Below the pieces are notes generated by a model. That model was not told the DNA's origin. It did no database searches and worked only from the letters and a program-made list of their open reading frames with translations. The translations under genes were made by a program, and so were the position numbers. This document shows, one piece after another, positions 10,334 through 20,768 of a DNA stretch of 64,000 nucleotides (its first letter is position 1; every line of letters starts with the position of its first letter). This DNA is from Nitrosopumilaceae archaeon (GTDB lineage Archaea; Thermoproteota; Nitrososphaeria; Nitrososphaerales; Nitrosopumilaceae): contig CBDATR010000005.1 in the NCBI GenBank assembly GCA_965200155.1, forward strand, positions 35,138-99,137, given 5' to 3'.

Positions 10334-11576
10334 GATGTTTTATCATGGTACGTCTCATATATGATGTTACCAGCCTGCCCATGTCATCCTGGACATGAAA
10401 GTATGTGCCGCCCAGCTGGTGTGCTAGGTTGTCGGCATACTCCATGAGCTCGTCCTCGTCACTTATTACCACAATCTCTATCCCCATTCCGTCCCGCTGG
10501 CATCTCTTGCCCTCCGTGAGCGTTCTTTGGTGTACCTGTTCGTCCACTTTCTTGTACCTGTAGCATAGGTAAACCTGCCGGTCCGGGGCCGTATCCAGTC
10601 TCATACTCTTCTCCTGCATGACATCGTGTATGGTGTCTTTCTCTGGTGTGTAAAAGTTGGCGTAGGGTTTGGTTGTCCTGATTCCGTCCCGCTGGTACTG
10701 GTTTTCCACGTAACACGCGCTGGGTTGCCCGTCGGTTATGAGCACTATTCTCTTGTTCTGTACTGGCTCGGCTGCCAGAATGCCATGTGCCAGCCGGAGA
10801 GCTGCCTGGTAGTTGGTGTAGTGCAGAAAATCGTTGGCATCAAAGGTACGCAGGTATGGTATGTCCCGGGGGTTTATGCGCGCGGCCATACTGGCAAATC
10901 CTATGACATGTACGGAGTCCCGGGGGAAGTACTTTGTATTGGCCATGTACAGTCCCCAGAGTGCCTTCTTTGCGGCCCTTATTCGGCTGATGCCATTGGT
11001 CTTGGTCTTCATGGTGGAGCTGAGATCTATGCAGTATACGATGGCAGCCATGGCGTCTGCCTCCGTCTCGTACTCTTCAATGTCATCTGGCAATATGCCC
11101 AGGGGTCTTCCCCGCCGGGCGGCATTCAGCAGGGTATCCTGTGCGCTTATGTGCATAATATCCTCTCCGGGCTCAAACTTTCTGGTAGACTCAAGTACAC
11201 TCTCTCCTGCTCCTTTGGCATTGATACGGTGATCCCCTGCATCCTTGGGTTCCACGTTCCTCATTATCTCCCTAAGGATGGCATCTCCCACCAACTCAAA
11301 ACCGTGATGGGCCAGCCACTTTTTCTTATCCCTGATGTATCCCTGATCCTTTAGCCTCTTTATGATGACCTCCACTCCCTCCTGTACTACTGCATCATCA
11401 TTGGTATCCTGCATTACCTGCTGGCGCAGATCCCTTTTTACATCATCAAGTCCTGCCTCCCGGTCGCTCAGCGCATGATTGGACAGTATTCCCAGGAAAT
11501 TCTCGTCACTGGGCGAGTCCTTTGGCTGCGCATTGATGTTTGGCTTTGCCCTGACATATGTCCTAGATTGCCACAT
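10320..11576 (-). CDS. vWA domain protein
   Basis: MIDAS DLSSTM, TNYQAAL, LITDGQP. Confidence 0.9.
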   Translation of the reverse strand: MWQSRTYVRAKPNINAQPKDSPSDENFLGILSNHALSDREAGLDDVKRDLRQQVMQDTNDDAVVQEGVEVIIKRLKDQGYIRDKKKWLAHHGFELVGDAILREIMRNVEPKDAGDHRINAKGAGESVLESTRKFEPGEDIMHISAQDTLLNAARRGRPLGILPDDIEEYETEADAMAAIVYCIDLSSTMKTKTNGISRIRAAKKALWGLYMANTKYFPRDSVHVIGFASMAARINPRDIPYLRTFDANDFLHYTNYQAALRLAHGILAAEPVQNKRIVLITDGQPSACYVENQYQRDGIRTTKPYANFYTPEKDTIHDVMQEKSMRLDTAPDRQVYLCYRYKKVDEQVHQRTLTEGKRCQRDGMGIEIVVISDEDELMEYADNLAHQLGGTYFHVQDDMGRLVTSYMRRTMIKHHDSI

Positions 11577-13122
11577 AGTGTTTATCCCGCCGTTCCAGCA
11601 CCTGCGGTTCAGTCCAGCACAGCCTCTCTAGTACCATCTCGGTGGCCACTGCGTTGATACCGTCAGTATGCGTGACGGATTGGGTATTGCGGGACCATGA
11701 TTTCATATCTTTTACAACATCTCTTATCATATCTGTAAGGTGGGGAAATGACTCCAGCTGCTTACTGTATGAGTCCGTGCCGGTCTGCCATGATATCTTT
11801 TGCGATACCACAAAGGACTTTTCTGCGAACTCGGCTTTTATGTCACCATGTTTGGGCGGTTCAAGATCAGTGTGGGAATTTTTTATGGCCTCGAAGCTGG
11901 CTTCCTGCAGTACCCTCTTCCGGTTCTGCAATGTGTTCTCAATCTCCAAAAGCTCGAATCTGGCCACCTGCGATAGGCAGTCAAAGTCCGACGGTCTGGG
12001 ACAGGGTATCTCATGTGGCCGTACTCTCTGCGCTTCGGATACCAGCAGTTCCAGCCCATGGATGCCCATTCTGACACTCACGCCCTTGTCCCGGTTTATC
12101 AGGGGACTCTTTCTTATGGTGCGTACAGTCTTGGCTAGCAGGAGCAATACGTCTTCGGTTATATGACAGCCATGCAGGTTTGACTCCTGAAGTATTATTA
12201 CCATTTCGTCATCGATGGTATCCGGGTGTCTGGTATGTATGTGGCTGCGCAACCGGTCATAGAGGGGCTCGATTATACGTCCTGAGTGGGTGTAGTCTAC
12301 GGGGTTGGCAGTGGCCACAAGGGCGCACCTTGGCCTAAATATTACAGGATATGCTCCTGTGGTGAACCTGCCCTCCTGTAGTACAGAAAGCAGCGTAACC
12401 TGTTTTCGCGGATCCAGGACTGGCAGCTCGTCCATGCAAAAGATACCGTGCTTTGATTGCATCAGCTGGCCGGGAGTATAGGACTCTATGTCATACATCT
12501 CCACCCCTCTCTGGGTGATCTTTACCGCGTCCACGTACCCTACCAGATCCCTGGACGTAATGTCTGGAGTACCCACAACAAATCTGGATCTGGAGTATCC
12601 ATCAATCCATCTTATTGGTGTGTCCAGCCTGTTGTCCCGTATGGATTTCTCTGTTTCGGGACTTGTGTGAAAGGTGGGTATATGACTGACATACTGCTCA
12701 TCATCTAGAAGGGCGATAAGATACTCTTTGGGCATATCCATGGGCGTGTCATTAGTGAGACTTCCCATGACTATGGGCATTGGAGAGAGGAGATGTCTGG
12801 CCATGGTCTCCGCTATGCGGGTCTTGGCTTGACCCATCTGCCCCACCAGTATAATGTCATGCCCTGCCAGTATGGCGCGATCAAGCGCGGGAGTCACGTC
12901 CTGCTCATATCCTATAATGCCTGGGTATCTGTCCTCGCCGGTTTTTATGTGGTTCATAAGATTCCGGCGTAATTGCTCCCTTACACTTACTACCTTGTAG
13001 TTTATGCTCAAAAGATCCCCCAACGTCCTGATGTCCTGGTACCTCTCCGGCACTCCTGGCATCACCTCATCGTATTTGGGCGGCGCCTGGTAGCTGGTAT
13101 TCACAGTATCTGCGTGACCCAT
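11563..13122 (-). CDS. AAA+ ATPase (ChlI/MoxR-like), partner of the vWA protein
   Basis: Walker A GQMGQAKT, Walker B CMDEL, ATANP, PLYDRL. Confidence 0.9.
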   Translation of the reverse strand: MGHADTVNTSYQAPPKYDEVMPGVPERYQDIRTLGDLLSINYKVVSVREQLRRNLMNHIKTGEDRYPGIIGYEQDVTPALDRAILAGHDIILVGQMGQAKTRIAETMARHLLSPMPIVMGSLTNDTPMDMPKEYLIALLDDEQYVSHIPTFHTSPETEKSIRDNRLDTPIRWIDGYSRSRFVVGTPDITSRDLVGYVDAVKITQRGVEMYDIESYTPGQLMQSKHGIFCMDELPVLDPRKQVTLLSVLQEGRFTTGAYPVIFRPRCALVATANPVDYTHSGRIIEPLYDRLRSHIHTRHPDTIDDEMVIILQESNLHGCHITEDVLLLLAKTVRTIRKSPLINRDKGVSVRMGIHGLELLVSEAQRVRPHEIPCPRPSDFDCLSQVARFELLEIENTLQNRKRVLQEASFEAIKNSHTDLEPPKHGDIKAEFAEKSFVVSQKISWQTGTDSYSKQLESFPHLTDMIRDVVKDMKSWSRNTQSVTHTDGINAVATEMVLERLCWTEPQVLERRDKHYVAI

Positions 13123-13217
13123 CAGGCATGTCCGGTGATGCGGGATTTTTAATGTTCCCGAGATGCTCTGGCAAACAGCGCAAAGCGCTTATTTCCCCCG
13201 TATGATCACACGTATGT

Positions 13218-13859
13218 ATGAAAATCTCGGTAGATCAGATGTACCGCATAGAGAACGCGGGTCATGACTTGGGATTCCACAAGCAGTACATGATGGAAAA
13301 TGCCGGTGCCGCCGCCGTTAGGAGACTCCTGGAGCGGGTGGGTGATGTGGTATCAAAGAGCATACTGGTGCTGGCGGGCATGGGTAATAATGGCGGGGAT
13401 GGCCTGGTCATGGCTAGGCACTTGGCCGGATATGGGGCGCAAGTGTATGTAGTACTAATGGGAAAGCCCGAGAACATAAGGACTGTGGAATGCAAGGCCA
13501 ATTATGCCATACTACAAAAGATGCCCTCTGTGACCATACTGCCTGCACTGGATGTCTCGCTGGTCTATGATATACTGGTTGATGCGCTTTTGGGTACCGG
13601 AATTTCCGGAGATATCCGGGAGCCCTATAGCACAGCCATCGCATACATAAACAAGTCTGACTCCTTCAAGATAGCGGTGGATGTTCCTTCCGGCCTTGAT
13701 CCCGACAACGGGAGTGTGGCCAATATTCATGCGAGTGCACACATGACCGTTACCTTTCATCGCATGAAGCGCGGGATGACCGGACACTCCGAGATAACCG
13801 GTCCCATACATGTGGAGAGAATCGGGATACCTCCGGATGTGGAGGATGATATACTGTGA
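13218..13859 (+). CDS. nnrE: NAD(P)H-hydrate epimerase (YjeF N-terminal)
   Basis: MENAG, GNNGGDG, DALLGTG, DVPSG. Confidence 0.93.
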   Translation: MKISVDQMYRIENAGHDLGFHKQYMMENAGAAAVRRLLERVGDVVSKSILVLAGMGNNGGDGLVMARHLAGYGAQVYVVLMGKPENIRTVECKANYAILQKMPSVTILPALDVSLVYDILVDALLGTGISGDIREPYSTAIAYINKSDSFKIAVDVPSGLDPDNGSVANIHASAHMTVTFHRMKRGMTGHSEITGPIHVERIGIPPDVEDDIL

Positions 13860-14461
13860 TTGTGCATCAAATACTGGTGGGGAGGATGCAGAATTTCACA
13901 TACGTCATATATGATGAGGATACCTCTGCCGCCATAGTACTGGATCCATCTTGGGATCTGGACAAGGTGCAGAATATACTGGAGCAGCATAAACTCAAGA
14001 CAAAATACATTGTAAACACGCACAATCACTTTGATCACACATTGGGTAACCAGGCACTGGCAAAGTCCCTGGGTGTCAGTATACTACAGCACCCGGCATC
14101 CGGCCTGCCCCACGACACGGACATAAACGACGGTGATTCCATAAAGTTTGGTAAGTCATCCCTCGCCGTACTACACACCCCGGGTCACTCTCAAGACAGT
14201 ATATGCTTGGTGGGTGACGGCAAGGTATTCACCGGCGATACATTATTTGTCGGCAGCTGCGGCCGCGTAGACCTTCCTGGAGGTAGCGCCGAGGATTTGT
14301 ATGATTCGCTCTTTGGTATAGTGGCAAAATTGGACGGTTCCCTAGTGGTCTATCCCGGTCACAACTACGGCCCTACCGCGACCTCTACAATATCGCGCGA
14401 GGTGGACTCAAACCCGGTACTCCAGTACAGAACCAAACAAGACTTTCTCTCTCTCATGTAA
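13856..14461 (+). CDS. MBL-fold metallo-hydrolase (glyoxalase II-like)
   Basis: THNHFDH, TPGH, TGDTLF, YPGH. Confidence 0.92.
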   Translation: MIVHQILVGRMQNFTYVIYDEDTSAAIVLDPSWDLDKVQNILEQHKLKTKYIVNTHNHFDHTLGNQALAKSLGVSILQHPASGLPHDTDINDGDSIKFGKSSLAVLHTPGHSQDSICLVGDGKVFTGDTLFVGSCGRVDLPGGSAEDLYDSLFGIVAKLDGSLVVYPGHNYGPTATSTISREVDSNPVLQYRTKQDFLSLM

Positions 14462-14464
14462 ATT

Positions 14465-15523
14465 ATGCTTGGTATCTCTTTTCATACAGGACGGGATCAG
14501 TCTCTGTCCATACTGGAGTCTGTGGTGCGCGGCCGGACCATGTTTGTGTTGGTACTCTCATACACTCACACCTCGGAGATTCCCGGAATCACCATAGCAG
14601 GAGCGGATCCTGAATCCATAAAGTACACACCACCCGCGGATGCCGAGTACATCCAGCTTGGTCACTGCAAGTGCATTCCCGGCATACCTATGACACCTGA
14701 CGGCAAGCCCACCCCTGCACTACTGACAAGAACCGCCCTGCAGCTCTCCGGAATACCATTCCTGGCCGTGGACGCGGGTGGACTTGTGCCGCCCCAGATA
14801 CCGCACATACGTACGTACTTAGAACCGGGCCATAACATAGCACAAGGTCCTTCCATGACAGTACAACAGGCTAGGCAGGCCATGGCCAGCGGTCAATACC
14901 TTGGTGATATGCTCTCTGCAGTGTGCGACTGCATAGTACTTGGTGAGTCCATCCCTGGCGGGACCACCACGGCACTAGCTACCATGCACGGCCTGAACCT
15001 GCCTGCCAGGGTAAGCTCCAGCATGCCTGACAATCCTCATGCAGTAAAGGATGATGTAGTGCGCGCCGCCCTGGGGCGACTGGGGATGGATGACTATGTA
15101 CGGGTAGCCTCCCAGACATCGGACCCAATGCTGCTCTTTGTATCCTCGATGCTTGCCTCTGCATCCCGTTCATCGAACGTAATTTTGGCAGGCGGCACAC
15201 AGATGCTTGCGGTTTTGGCATTATCCTCCAAGATTGGGTTTGATGCTACCCGTACGGCTCTGTGTACCACCTCTTATGTCTTGCAGGATCCCGGGGTAGG
15301 GTTTGTAGAGCAGGCGGCAGCCATATCTCCCATATCTGTAATGTCGGTGGATCCGGAACTGCAACACTCCGGGTACTCCGGTCTACAGTCCTATGCCAAT
15401 GGATTTGCCAAGGAAGGCGCCGGAGCTGGAGGCGCCCTGGCATCTGCCATGGTCAAGCTAGACATGACTCCCTCAGACATGTTATTGTATATCGATGGGG
15501 AGTATTCCCGTATATGCGCGTGA
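14465..15523 (+). CDS. cobT: Nicotinate-nucleotide-dimethylbenzimidazole phosphoribosyltransferase, archaeal type
   Basis: GESIPGGTTTA, LAGGTQM, KEGAGAGG. Confidence 0.88.
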   Translation: MLGISFHTGRDQSLSILESVVRGRTMFVLVLSYTHTSEIPGITIAGADPESIKYTPPADAEYIQLGHCKCIPGIPMTPDGKPTPALLTRTALQLSGIPFLAVDAGGLVPPQIPHIRTYLEPGHNIAQGPSMTVQQARQAMASGQYLGDMLSAVCDCIVLGESIPGGTTTALATMHGLNLPARVSSSMPDNPHAVKDDVVRAALGRLGMDDYVRVASQTSDPMLLFVSSMLASASRSSNVILAGGTQMLAVLALSSKIGFDATRTALCTTSYVLQDPGVGFVEQAAAISPISVMSVDPELQHSGYSGLQSYANGFAKEGAGAGGALASAMVKLDMTPSDMLLYIDGEYSRICA

Positions 15524-15529
15524 TGTGTT

Positions 15530-17287
15530 CTATCTTACGGTGACAGACTTTGCTAAATTTCTGGGATAGTCGGGATCCGACTCCCGGGCTAGGGCGGTAT
15601 AATATGCCAGCAGCTGGGATACCGTTACCTCCGCAAAGGAGTATGACACCTCGTCGCCTTGGGGTATGCTTATCCAGTGATCGTATACGGGATTATTCCT
15701 GTCCGAGACGCCTATTATGCGCCCGCCTCGAGCCTTGACCTCCCTGACTCCTAGCAGCATATCACCATAGGTGGAGTCATATGGGTTCATGACCATTACG
15801 AAACTGTCCTTGTCTATGAGAGCCAGCGGTCCGTGTTTCATCTCCCCTCCGGCCAGCCCTTCTGCATGAATATATGTGAGCTCCTTTATCTTTAGGGCCG
15901 ACTCCACTGCCACCGGATAGTGGGGACCTCTTCCCAGTATGTAAATGTCCTTTGTGTCCTTGATATGACCTGCCACATTCCTTATGGCATCCTTGTTACA
16001 TATTACCGATGATATGGACCCGCTTATGTGGTTCACGTCTATACCTGTGTCCTCCGCTATTTCCTGGGCTATGTGGAGCATTACCATGTACTGGGCGCAA
16101 AAGCTCTTGGTGGCAGCTACGCCTATCTCCGGCCCGCAATCCATGTGTATTATCATATCGGATATCCTGGCTAGCGATGAGTTTGCAGAGTTGAGCAGGC
16201 CCACAATGACGCATCCTGCCTTCTTGGCAATAGTGGCTGCTTCCAATACATCTGCACTCTCGCCGCTCTGGGATATGGCTAGCATAACTGTTCCAGACTT
16301 TAGCACTCTTGCCTCCGAGTACATCTCGCTTGAGAGTATGACCTCCATTCGTGTACCTGCAAAACGCGCCAGCGCATGCTTTCCCATGAGGGCTGCGTTG
16401 TAGCTGGTACCACTGCCTGTGGCATAGACTCCTCCGGTTCTCTTTATTATTTCTGACACTTTTTTTATCTCCTGTGCCGATGAGTCGCCTGCCCTAAGCA
16501 CTGCCTGTGGCTGCTCCTCTATCTCTTTTATGGTGTGGTGTATGTGCTCTCCCTTGTCAATGTCAACAAGCTCTTTTGATACGGTGGTGATGTGACGTGG
16601 TATGCGCCTACCGCCAAAGTCCATGAGTGTGGCATTGTCATCCTGTATTGTGACACAGGTCCCGCTCTCCATGTATATTGCCTGGTCCGTATGATCAATG
16701 AACCCCAGCACGTCACTGGATAGGAACAGGCCATCCTGGGCTATTCCGAGTATGAGCGGTTCGCCGTGCTTGGCAGCAACCATGCTCCCGTCTGAGATCA
16801 TGGCTATAAACGCGTAATGTCCGTTTATCTCGGATACAGTATTCAGTAATGAGGCCTTGGCGTCTTTGGTGATGTCATAGTGGCGCTGTAGGAGGTTGGC
16901 TATAACCTCGCTATCTGTCTCGCTACAGAATGTATAGCCTGATCTCTCCAACGACTCCCGGAGGGACTGGTAATTCTCTATAGTTCCATTATGCACTATG
17001 GCAATATTTCCGCTACTACTCATGTGAGGGTGCGCGTTAGTATCATTCACTGCCCCATGCGTAGCCCAGCGTGTATGTCCCACGCCCATAATGCCCTTCA
17101 TCTGGCTCATATGCATTCTTTGGCTCACCTCCTGGACCCTGCCCACGCCCTTTCTTAGGCATATTTCCTCGTTATGCTTTGTGGCAATACCCACGCTGTC
17201 GTATCCCCGGTACTCCATGCGACCAAGCGCATTCACCATTATGGGTGCGGCGCCATCGGCGCCAAGATATCCTATTATCGAGCACAT
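15530..17287 (-). CDS. glmS: Glutamine-fructose-6-phosphate transaminase
   Basis: N-terminal MC, EYRGYDS, HTRWATHG, PRNLAKSVTV. Confidence 0.97.
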   Translation of the reverse strand: MCSIIGYLGADGAAPIMVNALGRMEYRGYDSVGIATKHNEEICLRKGVGRVQEVSQRMHMSQMKGIMGVGHTRWATHGAVNDTNAHPHMSSSGNIAIVHNGTIENYQSLRESLERSGYTFCSETDSEVIANLLQRHYDITKDAKASLLNTVSEINGHYAFIAMISDGSMVAAKHGEPLILGIAQDGLFLSSDVLGFIDHTDQAIYMESGTCVTIQDDNATLMDFGGRRIPRHITTVSKELVDIDKGEHIHHTIKEIEEQPQAVLRAGDSSAQEIKKVSEIIKRTGGVYATGSGTSYNAALMGKHALARFAGTRMEVILSSEMYSEARVLKSGTVMLAISQSGESADVLEAATIAKKAGCVIVGLLNSANSSLARISDMIIHMDCGPEIGVAATKSFCAQYMVMLHIAQEIAEDTGIDVNHISGSISSVICNKDAIRNVAGHIKDTKDIYILGRGPHYPVAVESALKIKELTYIHAEGLAGGEMKHGPLALIDKDSFVMVMNPYDSTYGDMLLGVREVKARGGRIIGVSDRNNPVYDHWISIPQGDEVSYSFAEVTVSQLLAYYTALARESDPDYPRNLAKSVTVR

Positions 17288-17796
17288 TACTTTTCAGTAT
17301 CTGTAGAGCCAACACTAAGACTAGAGGACGGCTTTAGCCTTATTTGATCCTCTTCGTCTTTGGCAACCACGTATGAGGGTATGTCCACTACGCCCTCTCC
17401 TAGCATTATGTGGCCGTGTACTACCGCCTGTCTTGCCTGGTATGGAGATCTGAATCCCATCTTCTTCCACACTATGGTTTGTAGCCTTCGCGCAAGTATG
17501 TCGGTGACCTGCAGATTTAGCACATCGTCCAGCGTGGCGTCTTCGCCGACAAGCCCTACGCGTATAAGTGACTTCATAAGTATGGGCTCTTTCTTTTCGC
17601 GTATCTCCCGTCGTAGAGCAAGCAGTGATCTGGCTTGATGCCTGACCCTTGAGAGTTCAGTGTGCGCCTTCCAGAGCTCTTTTTTACTGCGTAGCCCATA
17701 TGAGCCTACAGTCTCCAGCTCCTCCATCTTCAAGTCATAGTTGAGCGGTCGCTTTGGTTTTCGCCAAACCTTGCGTGGATATTTTGGATCTCCCAT
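17287..17796 (-). CDS. rps4: 30S ribosomal protein S4
   Basis: MGDPK, RRLQTIV, ARQAVVHGHI. Confidence 0.97.
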   Translation of the reverse strand: MGDPKYPRKVWRKPKRPLNYDLKMEELETVGSYGLRSKKELWKAHTELSRVRHQARSLLALRREIREKKEPILMKSLIRVGLVGEDATLDDVLNLQVTDILARRLQTIVWKKMGFRSPYQARQAVVHGHIMLGEGVVDIPSYVVAKDEEDQIRLKPSSSLSVGSTDTEK

Positions 17797-17805
17797 ATCA
17801 TCTCA

Positions 17806-18264
17806 CTATTTGCCCGGCTGAGCTTTGCCTCCTTTTGCCACACCGACAGTACTGCCCTTGCGACCTGTTGTCCTGGTTCTCTGTCCTCTTACCTTCAGCC
17901 CGTATAGGTGTCTGTATCCGCGCCAGCTCTTGGTTAGCCTTTCCCGTTCTATGTCATTGCGTATGGTAAACTCAATGTCCGATGTAAGTAGGTGCATATC
18001 CTTGCCGCTCTCTATGTCCTTGCGGCGGTTGAGGAACCATGTGGGAAATCCAGTCTTTAGGGGATCAGTAATTATGTTCTCAATGTCCGATGCCTGACTC
18101 TCGCTTATGTATCCAATACTGGAGTGGGGGTCTATGTTCATTTTTTCAAGTATTGCCCTGGAAAAACTGTTACCCACGCCCCGTATCTGCTTTAGGCCTA
18201 CCAGTGTCTTCTTCTCGCCGGGTATGTCGTTACCCAGTATTCTGACTATGTGTCTATACTCCAA
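17806..18264 (-). CDS. rps13: 30S ribosomal protein S13
   Basis: [24 protein letters not shown]. Confidence 0.97.
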   Translation of the reverse strand: MEYRHIVRILGNDIPGEKKTLVGLKQIRGVGNSFSRAILEKMNIDPHSSIGYISESQASDIENIITDPLKTGFPTWFLNRRKDIESGKDMHLLTSDIEFTIRNDIERERLTKSWRGYRHLYGLKVRGQRTRTTGRKGSTVGVAKGGKAQPGK

Positions 18265-18463
18265 TAGGCATTTTTGACTCCATGCCCATTAAAAACCATA
18301 TGATCAAGTGGTGAATAACCAATCACTGGTTTGTGCATGCATGACAAAAACCTGTGTGCCATAGGAAAAGGTAGGTATCATTCACAGGAATAGAATGGCA
18401 TTCTGTATCGTGACCTTGCGAATAAGCCGTTTCACTAATTTCCTACTGCTCGACAGGTTATAC

Positions 18464-18572
18464 TCCTGCTAACAACTTTAACCCGGAATGTCGAATATAC
18501 TCCTAAATGGCATGACTTGTCCATTTTCGATCACTTCCTGCTAACAACTTTAACCCGGAATGTCGAATATAC
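18464..18572. repeat. Repeat-spacer-repeat: 37-bp duplication around a 35-bp insert
   Basis: TCCTGCTAACAACTTTAACCCGGAATGTCGAATATAC at 18464-18500 and 18536-18572. Confidence 0.9.
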
Positions 18573-18575
18573 AGC

Positions 18576-19211
18576 ATGAAATTGAATCTGGATGGAATAA
18601 TAGATACTTTAGAAGCGGTACAGGAGTCCCGGAACGCCCTGCTTACACAGTCTCGCCGTGCCATATCCGCGTGTGGTCGTGCCATAATACTGACACACCG
18701 GGGTATGCATGAGGAGGCAGTAGAGGCGCTAAAGATTGCCGACACACAGATAAGAACTATGCAGAATGCGGCTCTGCCCTCAACCATGCATTATATCATA
18801 CCTGCAGAGCAGGAGTATGCCGAGGCGTCCGTATTCATGAATATAGTAAGGCATGACAGTATACCGGATATATCTGCCTTGGCCATACAGCCTGAGTCAT
18901 ACGTGCTGGGCATGCTGGATGTTATAGGCGAGCTCAAGCGTCTAATGCTGGATCAGATACGAATGGGTATGGCCGATGCGGCACATCATACGTTTGATAC
19001 CATGGAGCGCCTGTATACGGACTTGTACGAATTTGCCGCATATGATAAAGTTCTCAGAGAGTCTCGCCGCAAGCTGGATGTAGCGCGGATACTGCTGGAG
19101 GACTGCCGCTCCATTATAACCGAGGAGCAACGTAGGCAGGATATGTTACAAAGCATGCGGGCGATGGGATTTGAACCCACGAACTCCTCAGAGACTAGCC
19201 CCTCAAGCTAG
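18576..19211 (+). CDS. Translin-family protein
   Basis: QEYAEA, YVLGMLDVIGELKR, RRKLDVAR. Confidence 0.88.
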   Translation: MKLNLDGIIDTLEAVQESRNALLTQSRRAISACGRAIILTHRGMHEEAVEALKIADTQIRTMQNAALPSTMHYIIPAEQEYAEASVFMNIVRHDSIPDISALAIQPESYVLGMLDVIGELKRLMLDQIRMGMADAAHHTFDTMERLYTDLYEFAAYDKVLRESRRKLDVARILLEDCRSIITEEQRRQDMLQSMRAMGFEPTNSSETSPSS

Positions 19212-19240
19212 CGCCTTTGGCCAGGCTGGGCGACGCCCGC
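19156..19240 (-). tRNA. tRNA-Leu(GAG)
   Basis: GCGGGCGTCGCCCAGCCTGGCCAAAGGCG..CTAGC TTGAGGG GCTAG..long variable arm..GTGGGTTCAAATCCCATCGCCCGCA. Confidence 0.95.
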
Positions 19241-19293
19241 ATAGACGCGCTCTTGCATGGTTTTTATAATCCTTGGGCATCATCACGATCTAG

Positions 19294-19530
19294 ATGCTTG
19301 TTCCAGTAAGATGTTTTACCTGTGGCAGTCTTATTGCGGACAGGTTTACCAGATACAAAAAGGAGATCCGGGCGGGCAAGGATCCTGGTGAGGTTCTGGA
19401 CTTGATGAATATGAGTCGGTACTGTTGCAGGCGAATGTTTCTCACATCGGTGGAAACAATACATCAAGTGATTCCGTTCTTTGAGGCAGTGGGCAAGAGA
19501 AACGAAGAGATACGACAGGATATTGCTTGA
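19294..19530 (+). CDS. rpoN: RNA polymerase subunit N (Rpo10)
   Basis: PVRCFTCG, RYCCRRM. Confidence 0.97.
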   Translation: MLVPVRCFTCGSLIADRFTRYKKEIRAGKDPGEVLDLMNMSRYCCRRMFLTSVETIHQVIPFFEAVGKRNEEIRQDIA

Positions 19531-20765
19531 CTGGAATAATAACGTCTGTACGTGGTCGTGTAATACTGAACAGCCGCGGTTCCCAAACACTTGAGATAGA
19601 TATATCTGACGGTACCAGCACGGGTCGAGCCGCGGCGCCCTCCGGAGCCAGTGTGGGCATGCACGAGGCTGTATCTTTTCCCGACGGTGGGCCTCAGGCA
19701 TCACTGAATTTTTTAGATAATCATGTATCTGTGCTGTTGGGCGTTGATCCCGGTGACGCCTCTGCAATTTATGGTGCGCTGCGAGAGCTGGATCCTACCC
19801 CCTCCTATTCTGTGATGGGCGGTTCCCTTGCATATGCTGTATCGCTGGCGGCAGCACAATGTGCCGCAAAGTCAAAGAATTTGCCCCTCTATCATCATCT
19901 GGGCGGACGGGACTCGTACCGCTTGCCTATTCCTCTTGGTAACATACTGGGCGGGGGGGCCCATGCAGGACCGGGCACTCCGGACATACAGGAGATACTG
20001 GTATGCGCTCTCAGGCCGGATACCATTCATGATGCTATATGGACCAACATTGCTATACATCAAGAATTAGGCCGCAAACTCTCCAGTCTGGATGGGAGTT
20101 TTACCCGAGGTCGCGGTGATGAGGGCGGCTGGGCTCCGGTTATGACAAACGAGAAGGCATTGGAGACATCGGCTCGCGTATGTGAGTCTCTGGGTTATAC
20201 CCTGGGCAAGGATGTATCTCTGGGGGTTGATTTTGCCTCATCAACGCAGTATGATGCCAAGTCTGATCGGTATGTTTACGAGCGCGCAGGATTTAGCAAC
20301 GACGCTGGGGAGCAGATAGAGTTTATCTCAGATATAATACGGCGATACAAGCTGGTGTATGCCGAGGATGGGGTACATGAGGAAGACTTTGATGGAATGG
20401 CCACGCTAACCTCCCGATTCCCTGATACGCTGGTGACCGGCGATGATTTGACGGTAACCAACCATACCATACTGGAAAAGGCCGCATCCATGCATTCGTG
20501 CAACGCAGCCATACTGAAGGTCAACCAAGCGGGATCCCTGTACGAGGCTCTCCTCTTTGCGCGCACTGCACAGGAAAGGAGTATTCAGCTGGTAACCTCG
20601 CACCGTTCAGGCGAATCCACCAACTCACATATAACACATGTGGGTATAGCTACTGGCTCTTCACTGTTAAAGGTGGGTGTAGTGGGGGGTGAACGGGTCG
20701 CTAAACTCAACGAGCTTCTGCGAATATCTGAGCATGATTTAATACAAGGCCTCGCAACCCTGTAA
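19527..20765 (+). CDS. eno: Enolase
   Basis: NSRG, PSGAS, GDEGG, LKVNQ, SHRSGE, ERVAKLNELL. Confidence 0.96.
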   Translation: MTGIITSVRGRVILNSRGSQTLEIDISDGTSTGRAAAPSGASVGMHEAVSFPDGGPQASLNFLDNHVSVLLGVDPGDASAIYGALRELDPTPSYSVMGGSLAYAVSLAAAQCAAKSKNLPLYHHLGGRDSYRLPIPLGNILGGGAHAGPGTPDIQEILVCALRPDTIHDAIWTNIAIHQELGRKLSSLDGSFTRGRGDEGGWAPVMTNEKALETSARVCESLGYTLGKDVSLGVDFASSTQYDAKSDRYVYERAGFSNDAGEQIEFISDIIRRYKLVYAEDGVHEEDFDGMATLTSRFPDTLVTGDDLTVTNHTILEKAASMHSCNAAILKVNQAGSLYEALLFARTAQERSIQLVTSHRSGESTNSHITHVGIATGSSLLKVGVVGGERVAKLNELLRISEHDLIQGLATL

Positions 20766-20768
20766 TAC

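Noticed and set aside
18464-18572. Calling the repeat-spacer-repeat sites bona fide CRISPR arrays
   Set aside because: Only two repeats each, different sequence at each site, no leader or cas genes; reported as ectopic insertions instead
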